A stretch of DNA of 64,000 nucleotides, from positions 37,803 to 101,802 of the forward strand of contig JADMKK010000024.1 in the NCBI GenBank assembly GCA_015478895.1. Direction: 5' to 3'. The number at the start of each line of letters is the position of its first letter. Positions within the stretch are counted from its first letter, which is position 1. The stretch is from Comamonas sp. Its GTDB lineage: Bacteria; Pseudomonadota; Gammaproteobacteria; Burkholderiales; Burkholderiaceae_C. The notes beneath the pieces are model-generated. The model did no database searches, was not told the origin of the DNA, and saw only the letters and a program-made list of their open reading frames with translations. The position numbers and the translations under genes were made by a program. Shown here piece after piece: positions 11,070 to 21,547 of the stretch.

Positions 11070-12875
11070 TTAGAACGTGCGGACCTTGGGTGGCACGCTG
11101 TCCACGGTCAGGGGCTTGAGGTTCACAGGCTTGTACGACAGGGAGTTGGTGGCGCTGTCCCACAGCGTGTGCTTGAGCCATTCCTTGTCGTTACGGCCCA
11201 GCGGGAACTCTGCATCGTCGGCAGGGCGCTCGTAGTCGTACACGGTGTGTGCACCACGGCATTCCTTGCGGGCTGCGGCGGAGGTCATGGTGGCCTGCGC
11301 CACTTCGATCAGGTTGTCCACTTCCAGCGCTTCCATGCGCGCGGTGTTCCAGACCTTGGACTTGTCCTTGAGGGTCACATCGCCCACGCGTTCGCGCAGT
11401 GCGTTGACCTTCTGAACGCCTTCGTCCATGCTCTTTTGCGTGCGGAACACACCGGCGTGTGTTTGCATGGTGGAGCGGATGTCGCCTGCCAGGTCTTGGG
11501 CATAGGTGCCAGCCTTGGAGTCGTCCAGCTGGTTCAAGCGTGCCAATGTGCGGTCGGCACCATCGGCAGGCACTGTCAGGTTGTCGCCAAAGTTGCGTGC
11601 GTATTCCACGATGTGCTTGCCAGCGGCCTTGCCGAAGACCAGCAAGTCCAGCAGCGAGTTGGTGCCCAAGCGGTTGGCGCCGTGCACCGATACGCAAGAG
11701 CATTCGCCGACCGCGTACAAACCATTGACCACACGGTTTTGCACGCCGTCATGCGTGACCACTTGGCCGTGGATATTAGTGGGAATACCGCCCATCTGGT
11801 AGTGGATGGTAGGCACCACAGGAATGGGTTCCTTGGTGATGTCCACGTTGGCAAAGTTGTGCCCAATTTCTTCCACCGAAGGCAGGCGCTTACGGATGGT
11901 GTCGGCGCCCAGGTGGTCCAACTTCATCAGGATGTAGTCCTTGTTAGGACCGCAGCCACGGCCTTCCTTGATTTCCTGGTCCATCGATCGCGACACGAAG
12001 TCACGGGGAGCCAAGTCTTTCAAGGTAGGTGCGTAGCGTTCCATAAAGCGCTCGCCTTCGCTGTTCAGCAAAATCGCGCCTTCACCACGGCAGCCTTCGG
12101 TCAGCAAAACCCCGGCACCGGCTACGCCAGTGGGGTGGAACTGCCAGAACTCCATGTCTTGCAAAGGAATGCCAGCGCGCGCTGCCATACCCAAACCGTC
12201 GCCGGTGTTGATAAAGGCGTTGGTGGAGGCTTGGAAGATGCGGCCAGCACCACCGGTTGCCAACAACACAGCCTTGGCGTGCAGTTCGTACAGATCGCCG
12301 GTTTCCAGTTCCAGCGCAGTCACGCCGACCACATCACCTTGGGTGTTGCGGATCAGGTCCAGTGCCATCCACTCCACGAAGAAGTTGGTTTTGGAGGCCA
12401 CGTTCTGCTGGTACAGCGTGTGCAGCATGGCGTGACCGGTACGGTCAGCCGCCGCGCAAGCGCGTTGCACCGGCTTTTCACCGTAGTTGGCGGTGTGACC
12501 ACCGAACGGACGCTGGTAGATCGTGCCGTCAGGGTTGCGGTCAAACGGCATGCCGAAGTGTTCCAACTCGATCACGACGTTGGGTGCTTCGCGGCACATG
12601 AATTCAATGGCGTCTTGGTCGCCCAGCCAGTCCGAACCCTTGATGGTGTCGTAGAAGTGGTAGTGCCAGTTGTCGTCCGACATGTTGCCCAATGACGCAG
12701 ACACGCCGCCTTGGGCTGCTACGGTGTGCGAGCGTGTAGGGAATACCTTGGACAGGGAGGCAACGCTCAAACCTGCGCGGGACAGTTCCAGAGCGGCACG
12801 CAGACCGGAGCCGCCCGCGCCGACGATGACAACGTCAAACTTGCGCTTGGTGATATTTGCTTTGGAGTAGCTCAT
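11070..12875 (-). CDS. sdhA: Succinate dehydrogenase flavoprotein
   Basis: GAGGSG, RSHTVAAQGG (covalent FAD His), HGANRLGTNSLLD. Confidence 0.98.
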   Translation of the reverse strand: MSYSKANITKRKFDVVIVGAGGSGLRAALELSRAGLSVASLSKVFPTRSHTVAAQGGVSASLGNMSDDNWHYHFYDTIKGSDWLGDQDAIEFMCREAPNVVIELEHFGMPFDRNPDGTIYQRPFGGHTANYGEKPVQRACAAADRTGHAMLHTLYQQNVASKTNFFVEWMALDLIRNTQGDVVGVTALELETGDLYELHAKAVLLATGGAGRIFQASTNAFINTGDGLGMAARAGIPLQDMEFWQFHPTGVAGAGVLLTEGCRGEGAILLNSEGERFMERYAPTLKDLAPRDFVSRSMDQEIKEGRGCGPNKDYILMKLDHLGADTIRKRLPSVEEIGHNFANVDITKEPIPVVPTIHYQMGGIPTNIHGQVVTHDGVQNRVVNGLYAVGECSCVSVHGANRLGTNSLLDLLVFGKAAGKHIVEYARNFGDNLTVPADGADRTLARLNQLDDSKAGTYAQDLAGDIRSTMQTHAGVFRTQKSMDEGVQKVNALRERVGDVTLKDKSKVWNTARMEALEVDNLIEVAQATMTSAAARKECRGAHTVYDYERPADDAEFPLGRNDKEWLKHTLWDSATNSLSYKPVNLKPLTVDSVPPKVRTF

Positions 12876-12912
12876 TCTTAACTTTCAATCGTGGAAGCAG
12901 TCTTTGCGCTGA

Positions 12913-13278
12913 TCACAGACGCCACAGAACTTGGAAAGCCCAGCCGGCGCAGCCGAACAACCAGATCAAGGACAAAACGTGCAAAGTCAGGCGAAGGGCT
13001 ACCGATTTTGCATAGTCCATCCAGACGTTGCGTGCACCCACCCAGACGTGCCAGACCATGGCAATGATCACGACAAAGGTCAGGAACTTCATCCACTGGG
13101 CAGCAAAGATGCCAGCCCATAACTCATAGCCAATCTCGCCTTGCGCAAAGATCAGTTGAGCCAATACAACAACGGTGAAAACCACCATCAAAACAGCAGT
13201 TACACGCTGTACCAACCAGTCGCGAAGACCGTAGTGGCCGCCGACTACGGTGCGTTTGGAGCCGTAATTCACTGACAT
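12913..13278 (-). CDS. sdhD: Succinate dehydrogenase membrane anchor
   Basis: DWLVQRVTA, WHVWVG...DY; hydrophobic; operon position. Confidence 0.95.
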   Translation of the reverse strand: MSVNYGSKRTVVGGHYGLRDWLVQRVTAVLMVVFTVVVLAQLIFAQGEIGYELWAGIFAAQWMKFLTFVVIIAMVWHVWVGARNVWMDYAKSVALRLTLHVLSLIWLFGCAGWAFQVLWRL

Positions 13279-13296
13279 GATTTATTCCTCTTACTC

Positions 13297-13731
13297 TTAG
13301 TACAAGCCAAACAGCTTGGCACCCAACACCACAGTCAAGCCAACGCTCAAAACCAGTACGGTAATGGCAGACGACTTAGCAAAAGACTTGCTGACCAAGT
13401 TGTGGTTCATGTCCATGCCAAGGTGGCGTAAACCCGCCAACAGATGGTGCAAATAAGCCCAGATAATGCTCAAAGCCACCAAGGTAATGAACCAGCCAGG
13501 AATGAAACCACAGCCCTCGTTAAATACCGCTTTGAACTTCGCAAATGAAAATTCAGATGACAACGAAGTGTCTAACATCCAAATTACAAACGGCAGTAAA
13601 ACAAACATCAGCATGCCGCTGACGCGATGAAGAATCGACACATAGCCTCCTATTGGCAAGCTGTGGGGCAATCCTTCTAGTACGTTGATGTTGCGGAACT
13701 CGGGCCGCTTTTTCTTTTCAAGCTCTGTCAT
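13297..13731 (-). CDS. sdhC: Succinate dehydrogenase cytochrome b556 subunit
   Basis: SILHRVSG, HHLLAGLRHL. Confidence 0.95.
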   Translation of the reverse strand: MTELEKKKRPEFRNINVLEGLPHSLPIGGYVSILHRVSGMLMFVLLPFVIWMLDTSLSSEFSFAKFKAVFNEGCGFIPGWFITLVALSIIWAYLHHLLAGLRHLGMDMNHNLVSKSFAKSSAITVLVLSVGLTVVLGAKLFGLY

Positions 13732-13865
13732 GGCGGGGGTGCTTTCGTGGATGTAACTGCGTGGTAATCGCGCTGACTCAGACGATCCAAAATTCTATTG
13801 CAATGGCGCTAGATCAGATCAGAACTACGCGATTGTTTCGGTAATGCGCTCGAGAGTGTAGGCAA

Positions 13866-14660
13866 TTAGCTCAAGGCGTTCTTGTAATGGTGCGTATCTG
13901 TTCTGTAGATACCGCGTCGTAACTCCATAGGCATATCGTTGTAGGTATAGGCAATTCGCTCGACGCTCAGCAATGGTGTCACTGAAGGGACTGCGAGCAA
14001 AGCTGCCTGCGCTTCGTCTGGGAGCACGGCGCGAATTTTTTCGTCTGCACGCACCATGCGTACGCCGAAATCCCCTTCAAACATTGCGTAGGTTGGCCCC
14101 TTGTAATTCGCCATTTGTTCGGCAGTCAAACCTTTGAACGCCGGGCCAGGTAGCCAGATGTCTTCCAAAATGGTAGGGATTCCTGCGAAACCCAAAACCC
14201 GGCGCACATGCACTACGGTATCTCCACTGCGTAGTGAAAGTAAGCGTGCAATTTCCGCGCTCGCCCGAATGCGCTTGCATTCCAAAATACTGCGTTGGGC
14301 TCGACCTTCACCTGCTAAGTCGCCCACGTCCGGGTGAAGCTTGAGAAAACGGTACTGTACTTGCTGCGCAGAGTGGGTGGCTACAAAGGTGCCCTTGCCT
14401 TGGCGGCGCATCACCAGGTTTTCGGCAGCTAACTCATCAATCGCTTTGCGCACAGTGCCTTGGCTGACCTTAAATCTTGCAGCCAATTCCATTTCGCTGG
14501 GAATCAACTCACCAGGGCGCCATTCCCCTATTTGCAAGCTTTGCAGGATCAGCCCTTTGATTTGTTGATAGAGGGGGCTGAAAGCAGGAGTCGATGAGAC
14601 ACCCAGAGTGCTTGCGGAGTGGGGGGGCGTGTCAGTGGGTGAAGATTGGGATGAGGACAT
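13866..14660 (-). CDS. GntR/HutC-family regulator of the TCA cluster (SdhR-like)
   Basis: PLYQQIK, PSEMELA, VSQGTVRKA and QGKGTFV HTH motifs plus UTRA domain; lies between sdhC and mdh. Confidence 0.9.
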   Translation of the reverse strand: MSSSQSSPTDTPPHSASTLGVSSTPAFSPLYQQIKGLILQSLQIGEWRPGELIPSEMELAARFKVSQGTVRKAIDELAAENLVMRRQGKGTFVATHSAQQVQYRFLKLHPDVGDLAGEGRAQRSILECKRIRASAEIARLLSLRSGDTVVHVRRVLGFAGIPTILEDIWLPGPAFKGLTAEQMANYKGPTYAMFEGDFGVRMVRADEKIRAVLPDEAQAALLAVPSVTPLLSVERIAYTYNDMPMELRRGIYRTDTHHYKNALS

Positions 14661-14733
14661 GTGTTGTATGCAAGTGCGTGAAACTTTTGAATGTGGGGTG
14701 GGAGTCCGGCATTCTTGTTTTTCACAAGTGCAA

Positions 14734-14759
14734 GATCATATCTTATATAAGACATAAGA
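14734..14759. promoter_or_regulatory. Probable operator of the adjacent GntR regulator
   Basis: GATCATATCTTATATAAGACATAAGA with a perfect TCTTAT|ATAAGA core and an extra ATAAGAC repeat; matches from memory the betaproteobacterial SdhR motif. Confidence 0.7.
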
Positions 14760-14887
14760 CAAATTGACTGAGGGTCGAAATCAGGGGTACACTTCAGAGC
14801 TGTTTGCGGAGTACGGGCTGCTGGTTACAGATGCTGGAGCGACCTTTCGCCGACAACTGTTTTTTTCCAAATATTGGAGTTTTCACC

Positions 14888-15874
14888 ATGAGCAAGAAGC
14901 CCGTCCGTGTTGCCGTTACCGGCGCTGCAGGTCAAATCGGTTACGCCCTGTTGTTCCGTATCGCATCCGGCGAAATGCTGGGCAAAGACCAGCCTGTTAT
15001 TTTGCAGCTACTTGAAATTCCTGACGAGAAAGCGCAAAACGCCCTGAAGGGTGTGATTATGGAGCTGGAAGATTGCGCCTTCCCTCTGCTGGCCGGTATT
15101 GAAGCTCACAGTGACCCTCTGCAGGCTTTCAAGGATACAGACTACGCTTTGCTGGTAGGTGCGCGTCCTCGCGGCCCGGGTATGGAGCGCGCCGACTTGC
15201 TGGCCGCCAATGCGCAAATTTTCACAGCACAGGGCAAGGCACTGAATGCCGTAGCTTCACGCAATGTCAAGGTATTGGTAGTGGGTAATCCCGCCAACAC
15301 TAATGCTTATATCGCCATGAAGTCGGCACCTGATTTGCCAGCGAAAAACTTCACAGCCATGCTCCGTTTGGATCACAACCGCGCTGCATCGCAACTGGCT
15401 GCCAAGGCTGGCTTCAAGGTGGGTGATATCAAGGGCCTGACGGTGTGGGGTAACCATTCGCCAACGATGTATGCAGATTACCGTTTCGCTACGGTAGATG
15501 GCAAATCAGTGAAAGAAACTATCAACGACCAGGAGTGGAATGCGAATGTGTTCCTGCCTACCGTTGGTAAGCGTGGCGCGGCGATCATTGCAGCCCGCGG
15601 CTTATCCTCTGCTGCTTCTGCGGCCAACGCTGCTATCGACCATGTGCGCGACTGGGCTTTGGGCTCCAATGGTGAATGGGTGACGATGGGTGTGCCATCC
15701 AATGGCGAATATGGCATTCCTGCTGGTATCGTTTTTGGATTCCCTGTTACCACAGAGAACGGCGAATACAAGATCGTTGAAGGCCTGGAAATTGACGCTT
15801 TCTCTCAAGAATGCATCGACAAGACTTTGGCTGAGTTGCAAGGCGAACAAGACGGCGTAAAGCACCTGCTGTAA
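14888..15874 (+). CDS. mdh: Malate dehydrogenase
   Basis: [30 protein letters not shown]. Confidence 0.98.
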   Translation: MSKKPVRVAVTGAAGQIGYALLFRIASGEMLGKDQPVILQLLEIPDEKAQNALKGVIMELEDCAFPLLAGIEAHSDPLQAFKDTDYALLVGARPRGPGMERADLLAANAQIFTAQGKALNAVASRNVKVLVVGNPANTNAYIAMKSAPDLPAKNFTAMLRLDHNRAASQLAAKAGFKVGDIKGLTVWGNHSPTMYADYRFATVDGKSVKETINDQEWNANVFLPTVGKRGAAIIAARGLSSAASAANAAIDHVRDWALGSNGEWVTMGVPSNGEYGIPAGIVFGFPVTTENGEYKIVEGLEIDAFSQECIDKTLAELQGEQDGVKHLL

Positions 15875-15884
15875 AACGTTAGTG

Positions 15885-15921
15885 GTAATTCCTTGCTGCA
15901 TTTATTGCAGCAGGGAATTAC
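15885..15921. terminator. Stem-loop after mdh
   Basis: GTAATTCC-T-TGCTGCA / TGCAGCA-G-GGAATTAC long stem; no clear U-tract, so may be a stabilising hairpin. Confidence 0.45.
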
Positions 15922-16079
15922 TCCCACTGTTGGCAAAAGAGATATTTTTTGCTTAACGCACTGCATTGCTAGGTGGCGGAGTTAGGCAAAAGGTATTTTT
16001 GGATGGGCAATATGTACGGCATAGGTCTCCATCTTTAAGCTCTACTGAAACTCGGCTGTAACTCTTGACTTAATAACCC

Positions 16080-17078
16080 ATGCGCACTGCTACTCACCCT
16101 CGTGACATTTTGCTGGGCGCGCAGGCAGCCGTTGCTGCATTGCCTGTTTGCGATCATTACAGTGGGGTGGAAGACCGCATGCGCAAAAGCTTGCAATTGC
16201 AAGCTGAAATGCTGCAGGAGTTTGGAACTTGTATTTTTGACGTGACGCTGGATTGCGAAGATGGCGCAGCCGTAGGGCAAGAAGCTGCTCATGCGCGGCT
16301 GGTTGCGCAGCTTGCGAAAAATGCGCCTGCCGGAAGTCGAGTGGCAGCACGCGTTCACGCAGTAGACCACCAAGCATTTGAGCAAGATGTTGCAACAATA
16401 GTGGGTGAGGCTGCGCCACATATTTGTCACATCATGGTTCCAAAGGTGGAAAGCATTGATGACGTTCTACGTGCTGAAGTTGCGGTGGATAAAGCCTCAG
16501 GCCAGCACATTCCGCTGCACGTATTGATTGAATCGCCGCATGCCGTGCAGCATGCCTTCGAGATTGCTGCGCATCCTCGCGTACAGAGTATTTCTTTTGG
16601 TTTGATGGACTTTGTCTCGGCGCACGGTGGTGCCATTCCCGCTTCTGCGATGGGAGTGCAAGGACAGTTTTTGCACCCATTGGTGGTCCGGGCCAAATTG
16701 GAAATCGCTGCAGCCTGTCATGCCTATGGAAAGCAACCCTCTCATTGCGTAGTTACCGAGTTCAAGGACGAGCAAGCGCTTGGAGGCGCAGCGCGGCGCG
16801 CTTATGGGGAGTTGGGTTACACCAGAATGTGGAGTATTCACCCGGCACAGATCCGTCCAATTTTGGCCGCCTTTGCGCCCGACGCTTCTGAAATGCAGGC
16901 TGCTACAGATATCGTTTTAGCAGCGCAGGCAGCAAGGTGGGCCCCAATTAGCCACCAAGGGATATTGCATGATCGTGCCAGTTACCGTTATTACTGGCAG
17001 TTGCTGGAACGGGGTCATCGAACTGGTGTAGCTCTACCGCCACAAGCACGACAATGGTTCGTTGAAGAGGCCGCTTGA
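16080..17078 (+). CDS. HpcH/HpaI aldolase / citrate lyase beta (CitE-like) family protein
   Basis: LDCEDG, IMVPKV, VLIES, GLMDF, WSIHPAQI. Confidence 0.88.
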   Translation: MRTATHPRDILLGAQAAVAALPVCDHYSGVEDRMRKSLQLQAEMLQEFGTCIFDVTLDCEDGAAVGQEAAHARLVAQLAKNAPAGSRVAARVHAVDHQAFEQDVATIVGEAAPHICHIMVPKVESIDDVLRAEVAVDKASGQHIPLHVLIESPHAVQHAFEIAAHPRVQSISFGLMDFVSAHGGAIPASAMGVQGQFLHPLVVRAKLEIAAACHAYGKQPSHCVVTEFKDEQALGGAARRAYGELGYTRMWSIHPAQIRPILAAFAPDASEMQAATDIVLAAQAARWAPISHQGILHDRASYRYYWQLLERGHRTGVALPPQARQWFVEEAA

Positions 17079-17128
17079 TGCGTAGCTTCTGTTTTAACGA
17101 TTAACTTTACTGACTCGCAGGAGTTCGC

Positions 17129-17740
17129 ATGAAAAATCTGATTGCCTCCGTTTTATTGCTCGCCCCCGCTTTTGTTTTTGCTGCGGCCCCAGCTTCGGCA
17201 CAAAAAGCTGCAACCTCTAAGCCCAAGGCGGCTACCACTACGGCCGTGAATAAGAAAACGCCAGCAGTTAAAAAGACTTCACCTGTTAAAAAAACGACGG
17301 CAGTACGCCCTGTAGCACGAAGCTCAGCGATAAAAGCTGGCGCTGCTGCTACGGTAGCTGGTTCTGCTGCATTGGCGACCCGCACATTGAATGCCGACGA
17401 ATTAGCATTGGCTGATCGTGTACATACAGGCCGTATTGGTTGCGAACTTGGCCAGCATGTGACGGTCAATAAAGATGAAAAAAATCCGGGCCATTTTATT
17501 GTCAGTGGCAATGGATTTAATTTCCATATGTCGCCCATTGGAACCAGTACGGGCGTCGTGCGCCTAGAAGATTCACAAGCAGGGGCCGTGTGGTTGCAAA
17601 TTGCCAATAAGTCCATGCTGATGAATCAAAAGCAAGGCAAGCGTCTGGCTGATGAGTGTATGAGTCCCGAACAGCTTCAGGTGGCAGAAGCTATCAAGAA
17701 GACCCCGCCCCCGAGCTTGCTGGATGCGCCTGGAAAGTAA
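17129..17740 (+). CDS. Exported hypothetical protein, possibly MliC-like C-terminal fold
   Basis: Signal peptide, Lys/Ala/Thr linker, domain with two Cys (GCELG...ADEC). Confidence 0.8.
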   Translation: MKNLIASVLLLAPAFVFAAAPASAQKAATSKPKAATTTAVNKKTPAVKKTSPVKKTTAVRPVARSSAIKAGAAATVAGSAALATRTLNADELALADRVHTGRIGCELGQHVTVNKDEKNPGHFIVSGNGFNFHMSPIGTSTGVVRLEDSQAGAVWLQIANKSMLMNQKQGKRLADECMSPEQLQVAEAIKKTPPPSLLDAPGK

Positions 17741-17798
17741 TTCCAACGCATAAAGCAATAAATCTGCCCACTCTTAGAAAACCAATGGAGAGAGAACC

Positions 17799-20390
17799 AT
17801 GTTGAAAGCTTACCGTGACCATGTGGCCGAACGTGCCGCATTGGGCATCCCGCCCCTGGCACTTGATGCCAAGCAAACTGCTGAGCTGATCGAGCTGATC
17901 AAGAATCCGCCAAATGGTGAAGATGCTTTCCTGCTGGAGTTGCTGACCCACCGTGTGCCACCTGGGGTGGATGATGCGGCCAAGGTCAAGGCCTCGTTCC
18001 TGGCCGCTGTGGCGCACGGTGATCTGAGCGTGGCGCTCATCTCCAAGGCCAAGGCCACCGAGTTGCTGGGCACCATGATCGGTGGCTACAACGTGCATCC
18101 GCTGATCGAGTTGCTCGACGATGCCGAAGTGGCTGGCGTGGCTGCAGAAGCGCTGAAGAAGACATTGCTGATGTTTGACTTCTTCAACGATGTGGCGGAC
18201 AAGGCCAAGGCCGGCAACGCCAAGGCCAAGGAAGTGATGCAAAGCTGGGCCGATGCCGAGTGGTTCACTGCACGCCCCGAAGTGGAAAAGAAAATCACCG
18301 TCACCGTGTTCAAGGTGCCCGGTGAAACCAATACTGACGATCTGTCGCCCGCACCCGATGCCTGGAGCCGCCCCGACATTCCGCTGCACTATCTGGCCAT
18401 GCTCAAGAACACGCGTCCTGACGCTGCGTTCAAGCCCGAAGAAGACGGCAAGCGCGGCCCCATGCAGTTCATCGACGACCTGAAGAAAAAGGGTCACCTC
18501 GTCGCCTATGTGGGCGATGTGGTCGGTACCGGTTCTTCGCGCAAGTCGGCCACCAACTCCATCGTCTGGGCCACCGGTCAAGACATTCCATTTGTACCCA
18601 ACAAGCGCTTTGGTGGTGTGACGCTGGGTGGGAAGATCGCTCCTATCTTCTTTAACACCCAAGAAGATTCGGGCTCGCTGCCTATCGAAGTGGACGTGTC
18701 CAAGCTGGAAATGGGCGATGTCATCGACGTGTTGCCCTATGACGGCAAGATCACCAAGAATGGCGAAACCGTTGCTGAGTTCCAACTCAAGAGCGATGTG
18801 CTGTTTGACGAAGTGCGCGCTGGTGGCCGTATCAACCTGATCATTGGCCGCTCGTTGACTGCCAAGGCGCGCGAATTTTTGGGTCTGCCTGTCTCTACCG
18901 CGTTCCGTCTGCCTACCGCGCCTATCGAGACCAAGGCTGGTTTCACGCTGGCGCAAAAGATGGTGGGCCGCGCTGTGGGCTTGCCAGAAGGCCAAGGCGT
19001 GCGCCCCGGAACGTACTGCGAGCCCCGCATGACCACAGTGGGTTCGCAAGACACCACGGGCCCCATGACCCGTGACGAGCTCAAAGACCTGGCTTGCCTG
19101 GGCTTCTCGGCCGATTTGGTGATGCAGTCGTTCTGCCACACCGCCGCTTACCCTAAGACCGTGGACGTCAGAACTCACCGCGAACTGCCTGCGTTCATGT
19201 CGAACCGCGGCGGTGTGGCCCTGCGTCCTGGTGATGGCGTGATCCATACGTGGCTCAACCGCCTGCTGTTGCCCGACACCGTCGGTACCGGTGGTGACTC
19301 GCACACACGTTTCCCTATCGGTATTTCCTTCCCTGCGGGCTCCGGTCTGGTGGCGTTTGGCGCCGCCACCGGCGTAATGCCGCTGGACATGCCTGAATCC
19401 ATCTTGGTGCGTTTCAAGGGCGAAATGCAGCCCGGCGTCACACTGCGTGATTTGGTACATGCCATTCCGCTGTATGCCATCAAGGCAGGTCTGCTGACCG
19501 TTGCCAAGGCTGGCAAGGTCAACGCTTTCTCGGGTCGTATCCTGGAAATCGAAGGTCTGCCAGACCTGAAGGTCGAGCAAGCGTTTGAATTGTCTGATGC
19601 GTCTGCTGAGCGTTCTGCAGCTGGTTGCACGATCAAGCTGAACCCTGCACCGATCAAGGAATACCTGACATCGAACATCGTGTTGATGAAGAACATGATC
19701 GCTGACGGGTATGCCGACGCCAAGACCTTGCAGCGCCGTATCGAAAAGGTGGAAGCCTGGTTGGCGCAGCCTGATTTGCTGGAAGCCGACAAGGATGCCG
19801 AGTACGCCGAAGTGATCGAAATCGACATGTCGGACATCAAGGAGCCCATCGTCTGCTGCCCTAACGATCCGGACGACGCCAAGTTCCTGTCCGACGTGGC
19901 CGGCACCAAGATCGATGAAGCCTTCATCGGTTCGTGCATGACCAATATCGGCCACTTCCGCGCTGCAGCCAAGCTGCTGGGCGGCCAGCGCGATATTCCC
20001 GTCAAGCTGTGGGTGGCCCCTCCAAGCCGCATGGACCAGGACGAGCTGATCAAGGAAGGGCATTACGCCGCTTTCGGGACGGCCGGTGCACGTACTGAAA
20101 TGCCGGGCTGCTCGCTGTGCATGGGTAACCAGGCACAGGTGCGCGAAGGCGCAACGGTCATCTCGACTTCGACCCGCAATTTCCCCAACCGTCTGGGCAA
20201 GAACACCAATGTGTTCCTGGGCTCGGCCGAGTTGGCGGCGATTGCCTCGCGCCTGGGCTACCTGCCTACCCGCGAAGAGTATTTGAAGGAAATGGGCGTG
20301 ATTGATGCCGACAAGGCATCCGTCTATCGCTACATGAACTTCGACCAGATCGAAGAGTATGCTGAAGTAGCAAAGGGCGTTAGCGCCTGA
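17799..20390 (+). CDS. acnB: Aconitate hydratase B
   Basis: HEAT-like N-terminus, [42 protein letters not shown]. Confidence 0.98.
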   Translation: MLKAYRDHVAERAALGIPPLALDAKQTAELIELIKNPPNGEDAFLLELLTHRVPPGVDDAAKVKASFLAAVAHGDLSVALISKAKATELLGTMIGGYNVHPLIELLDDAEVAGVAAEALKKTLLMFDFFNDVADKAKAGNAKAKEVMQSWADAEWFTARPEVEKKITVTVFKVPGETNTDDLSPAPDAWSRPDIPLHYLAMLKNTRPDAAFKPEEDGKRGPMQFIDDLKKKGHLVAYVGDVVGTGSSRKSATNSIVWATGQDIPFVPNKRFGGVTLGGKIAPIFFNTQEDSGSLPIEVDVSKLEMGDVIDVLPYDGKITKNGETVAEFQLKSDVLFDEVRAGGRINLIIGRSLTAKAREFLGLPVSTAFRLPTAPIETKAGFTLAQKMVGRAVGLPEGQGVRPGTYCEPRMTTVGSQDTTGPMTRDELKDLACLGFSADLVMQSFCHTAAYPKTVDVRTHRELPAFMSNRGGVALRPGDGVIHTWLNRLLLPDTVGTGGDSHTRFPIGISFPAGSGLVAFGAATGVMPLDMPESILVRFKGEMQPGVTLRDLVHAIPLYAIKAGLLTVAKAGKVNAFSGRILEIEGLPDLKVEQAFELSDASAERSAAGCTIKLNPAPIKEYLTSNIVLMKNMIADGYADAKTLQRRIEKVEAWLAQPDLLEADKDAEYAEVIEIDMSDIKEPIVCCPNDPDDAKFLSDVAGTKIDEAFIGSCMTNIGHFRAAAKLLGGQRDIPVKLWVAPPSRMDQDELIKEGHYAAFGTAGARTEMPGCSLCMGNQAQVREGATVISTSTRNFPNRLGKNTNVFLGSAELAAIASRLGYLPTREEYLKEMGVIDADKASVYRYMNFDQIEEYAEVAKGVSA

Positions 20391-20409
20391 ACGGCTAAGG
20401 CAAACTAAT

Positions 20410-20443
20410 AAACAAAACCCGCCGGAAGGCGGGTTTTGTTTTT
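20410..20443 (+). terminator. Intrinsic terminator after acnB
   Basis: AAACAAAACCCGCC-GGAA-GGCGGGTTTTGTTT. Confidence 0.9.
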
Positions 20444-20585
20444 GGCTTTTTTGCGGCAGATGACATCCGAAAAAAATTCATGAATGTATCTTTGCATTCA
20501 GATGCCTTCTTAGCTCATTGCTCTATTTTCTGAAAATAAAAAGGGCCTTGCGTGAGGCCCTCTTCACTTCTATGAAAAAGAAGTC

Positions 20586-21332
20586 TTATTTTTGAATGTA
20601 GAGAATGCGGCTCTTATCGCTGCCTTCACTTTCTTCTGTCACTAAATAGGTGATTGCACCAATTTTGTAAGCGCTTACCTTCATATTCCAGCCATCAATA
20701 GTCACGCCGCTGGGATTGAAAGCTTGCTGGAATTGGGAAGCACTCAGTGTGTTGCCGTCGACAGAGATGCTGCCGTCTTGCTTTACTTGCAAGTCTTCCA
20801 TACCGTCTAGACCGCCCTGCTGGCAGTTATGACCACGGAAGGTCTTGCCCAACGAATCGGCTAACGTTGCGGTGGCTGCAGTATTTTGCAATGCGATATT
20901 GGTGCTGCTACTGCTAGTGTTTGTGCACAAAAGCAGCACTGCACCGTTGCCAAAATACCTTGCGCCGCCATTTAGGCCGCTCCAAGTAGCGCCACCATCG
21001 GCAGTGAATGTGGCTTTGACCGGAGAGCCGTTGATAACCGTAGAGGCCGTTGAACCTGCAGCGCCCAGCGCGCCGTCTACATGCACATCAATGATCGAAG
21101 TCTGGTTGTTCTGGCCGAACAACTTGTACTGCACCACAGTCGCTGTAGGTGTTGTGGGCTCCGTAGGATTTGTTGGCTCAGTAGGAGTTATTGGTGTTGT
21201 TGGCTCCGCAGGAGTGATTGGGGCCGTTGGCTCGGCAGGGTTTGTAGTTGTATTGTCATCGCCACCGCCACATGCGGTCAAAGCAGCCACGGCTATAGCA
21301 ATCAAAGATAAGTTCAAAATGCGAGATTTCAT
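20586..21332 (-). CDS. Orphan lipoprotein with Pro/Thr/Glu repeat stalk
   Basis: Lipobox LTA-C(21) followed by GGG, repeat linker and beta-rich C-terminal domain; RBS GGAGG upstream; AT-rich flanks. Confidence 0.85.
   Translation of the reverse strand: MKSRILNLSLIAIAVAALTACGGGDDNTTTNPAEPTAPITPAEPTTPITPTEPTNPTEPTTPTATVVQYKLFGQNNQTSIIDVHVDGALGAAGSTASTVINGSPVKATFTADGGATWSGLNGGARYFGNGAVLLLCTNTSSSSTNIALQNTAATATLADSLGKTFRGHNCQQGGLDGMEDLQVKQDGSISVDGNTLSASQFQQAFNPSGVTIDGWNMKVSAYKIGAITYLVTEESEGSDKSRILYIQK
21144..21239 (-). repeat. Coding tandem repeat P[AT]EPT[ATN]P(IT)
   Basis: PAEPTAPIT PAEPTTPIT PTEPTN PTEPTT PT in the lipoprotein. Confidence 0.85.
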
Positions 21333-21547
21333 AATGCCTCCAGTTAAACAACGGCGTTTATATATGTGAAACCGAGACTGTAAAATTTGGTTTTTTGTGA
21401 AATATTTGTAAGTAAGTGCGTGCTTTTTTGTTCGGTGTTGATAATATGGAGTTCATAAAAGTCAATATGTTTGAAATTTTTTTCAAATACACCAAAAATT
21501 GTCGGGTAATACGGGGGGGAATTGTTTTAACGGTTTTGCGTGAATCG

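Noticed and set aside
21355-21372. parS-like site near the ParB-like gene
   Set aside because: GTTT-ATATAT-GTGAAAC does not fit the 16-bp parS palindrome.
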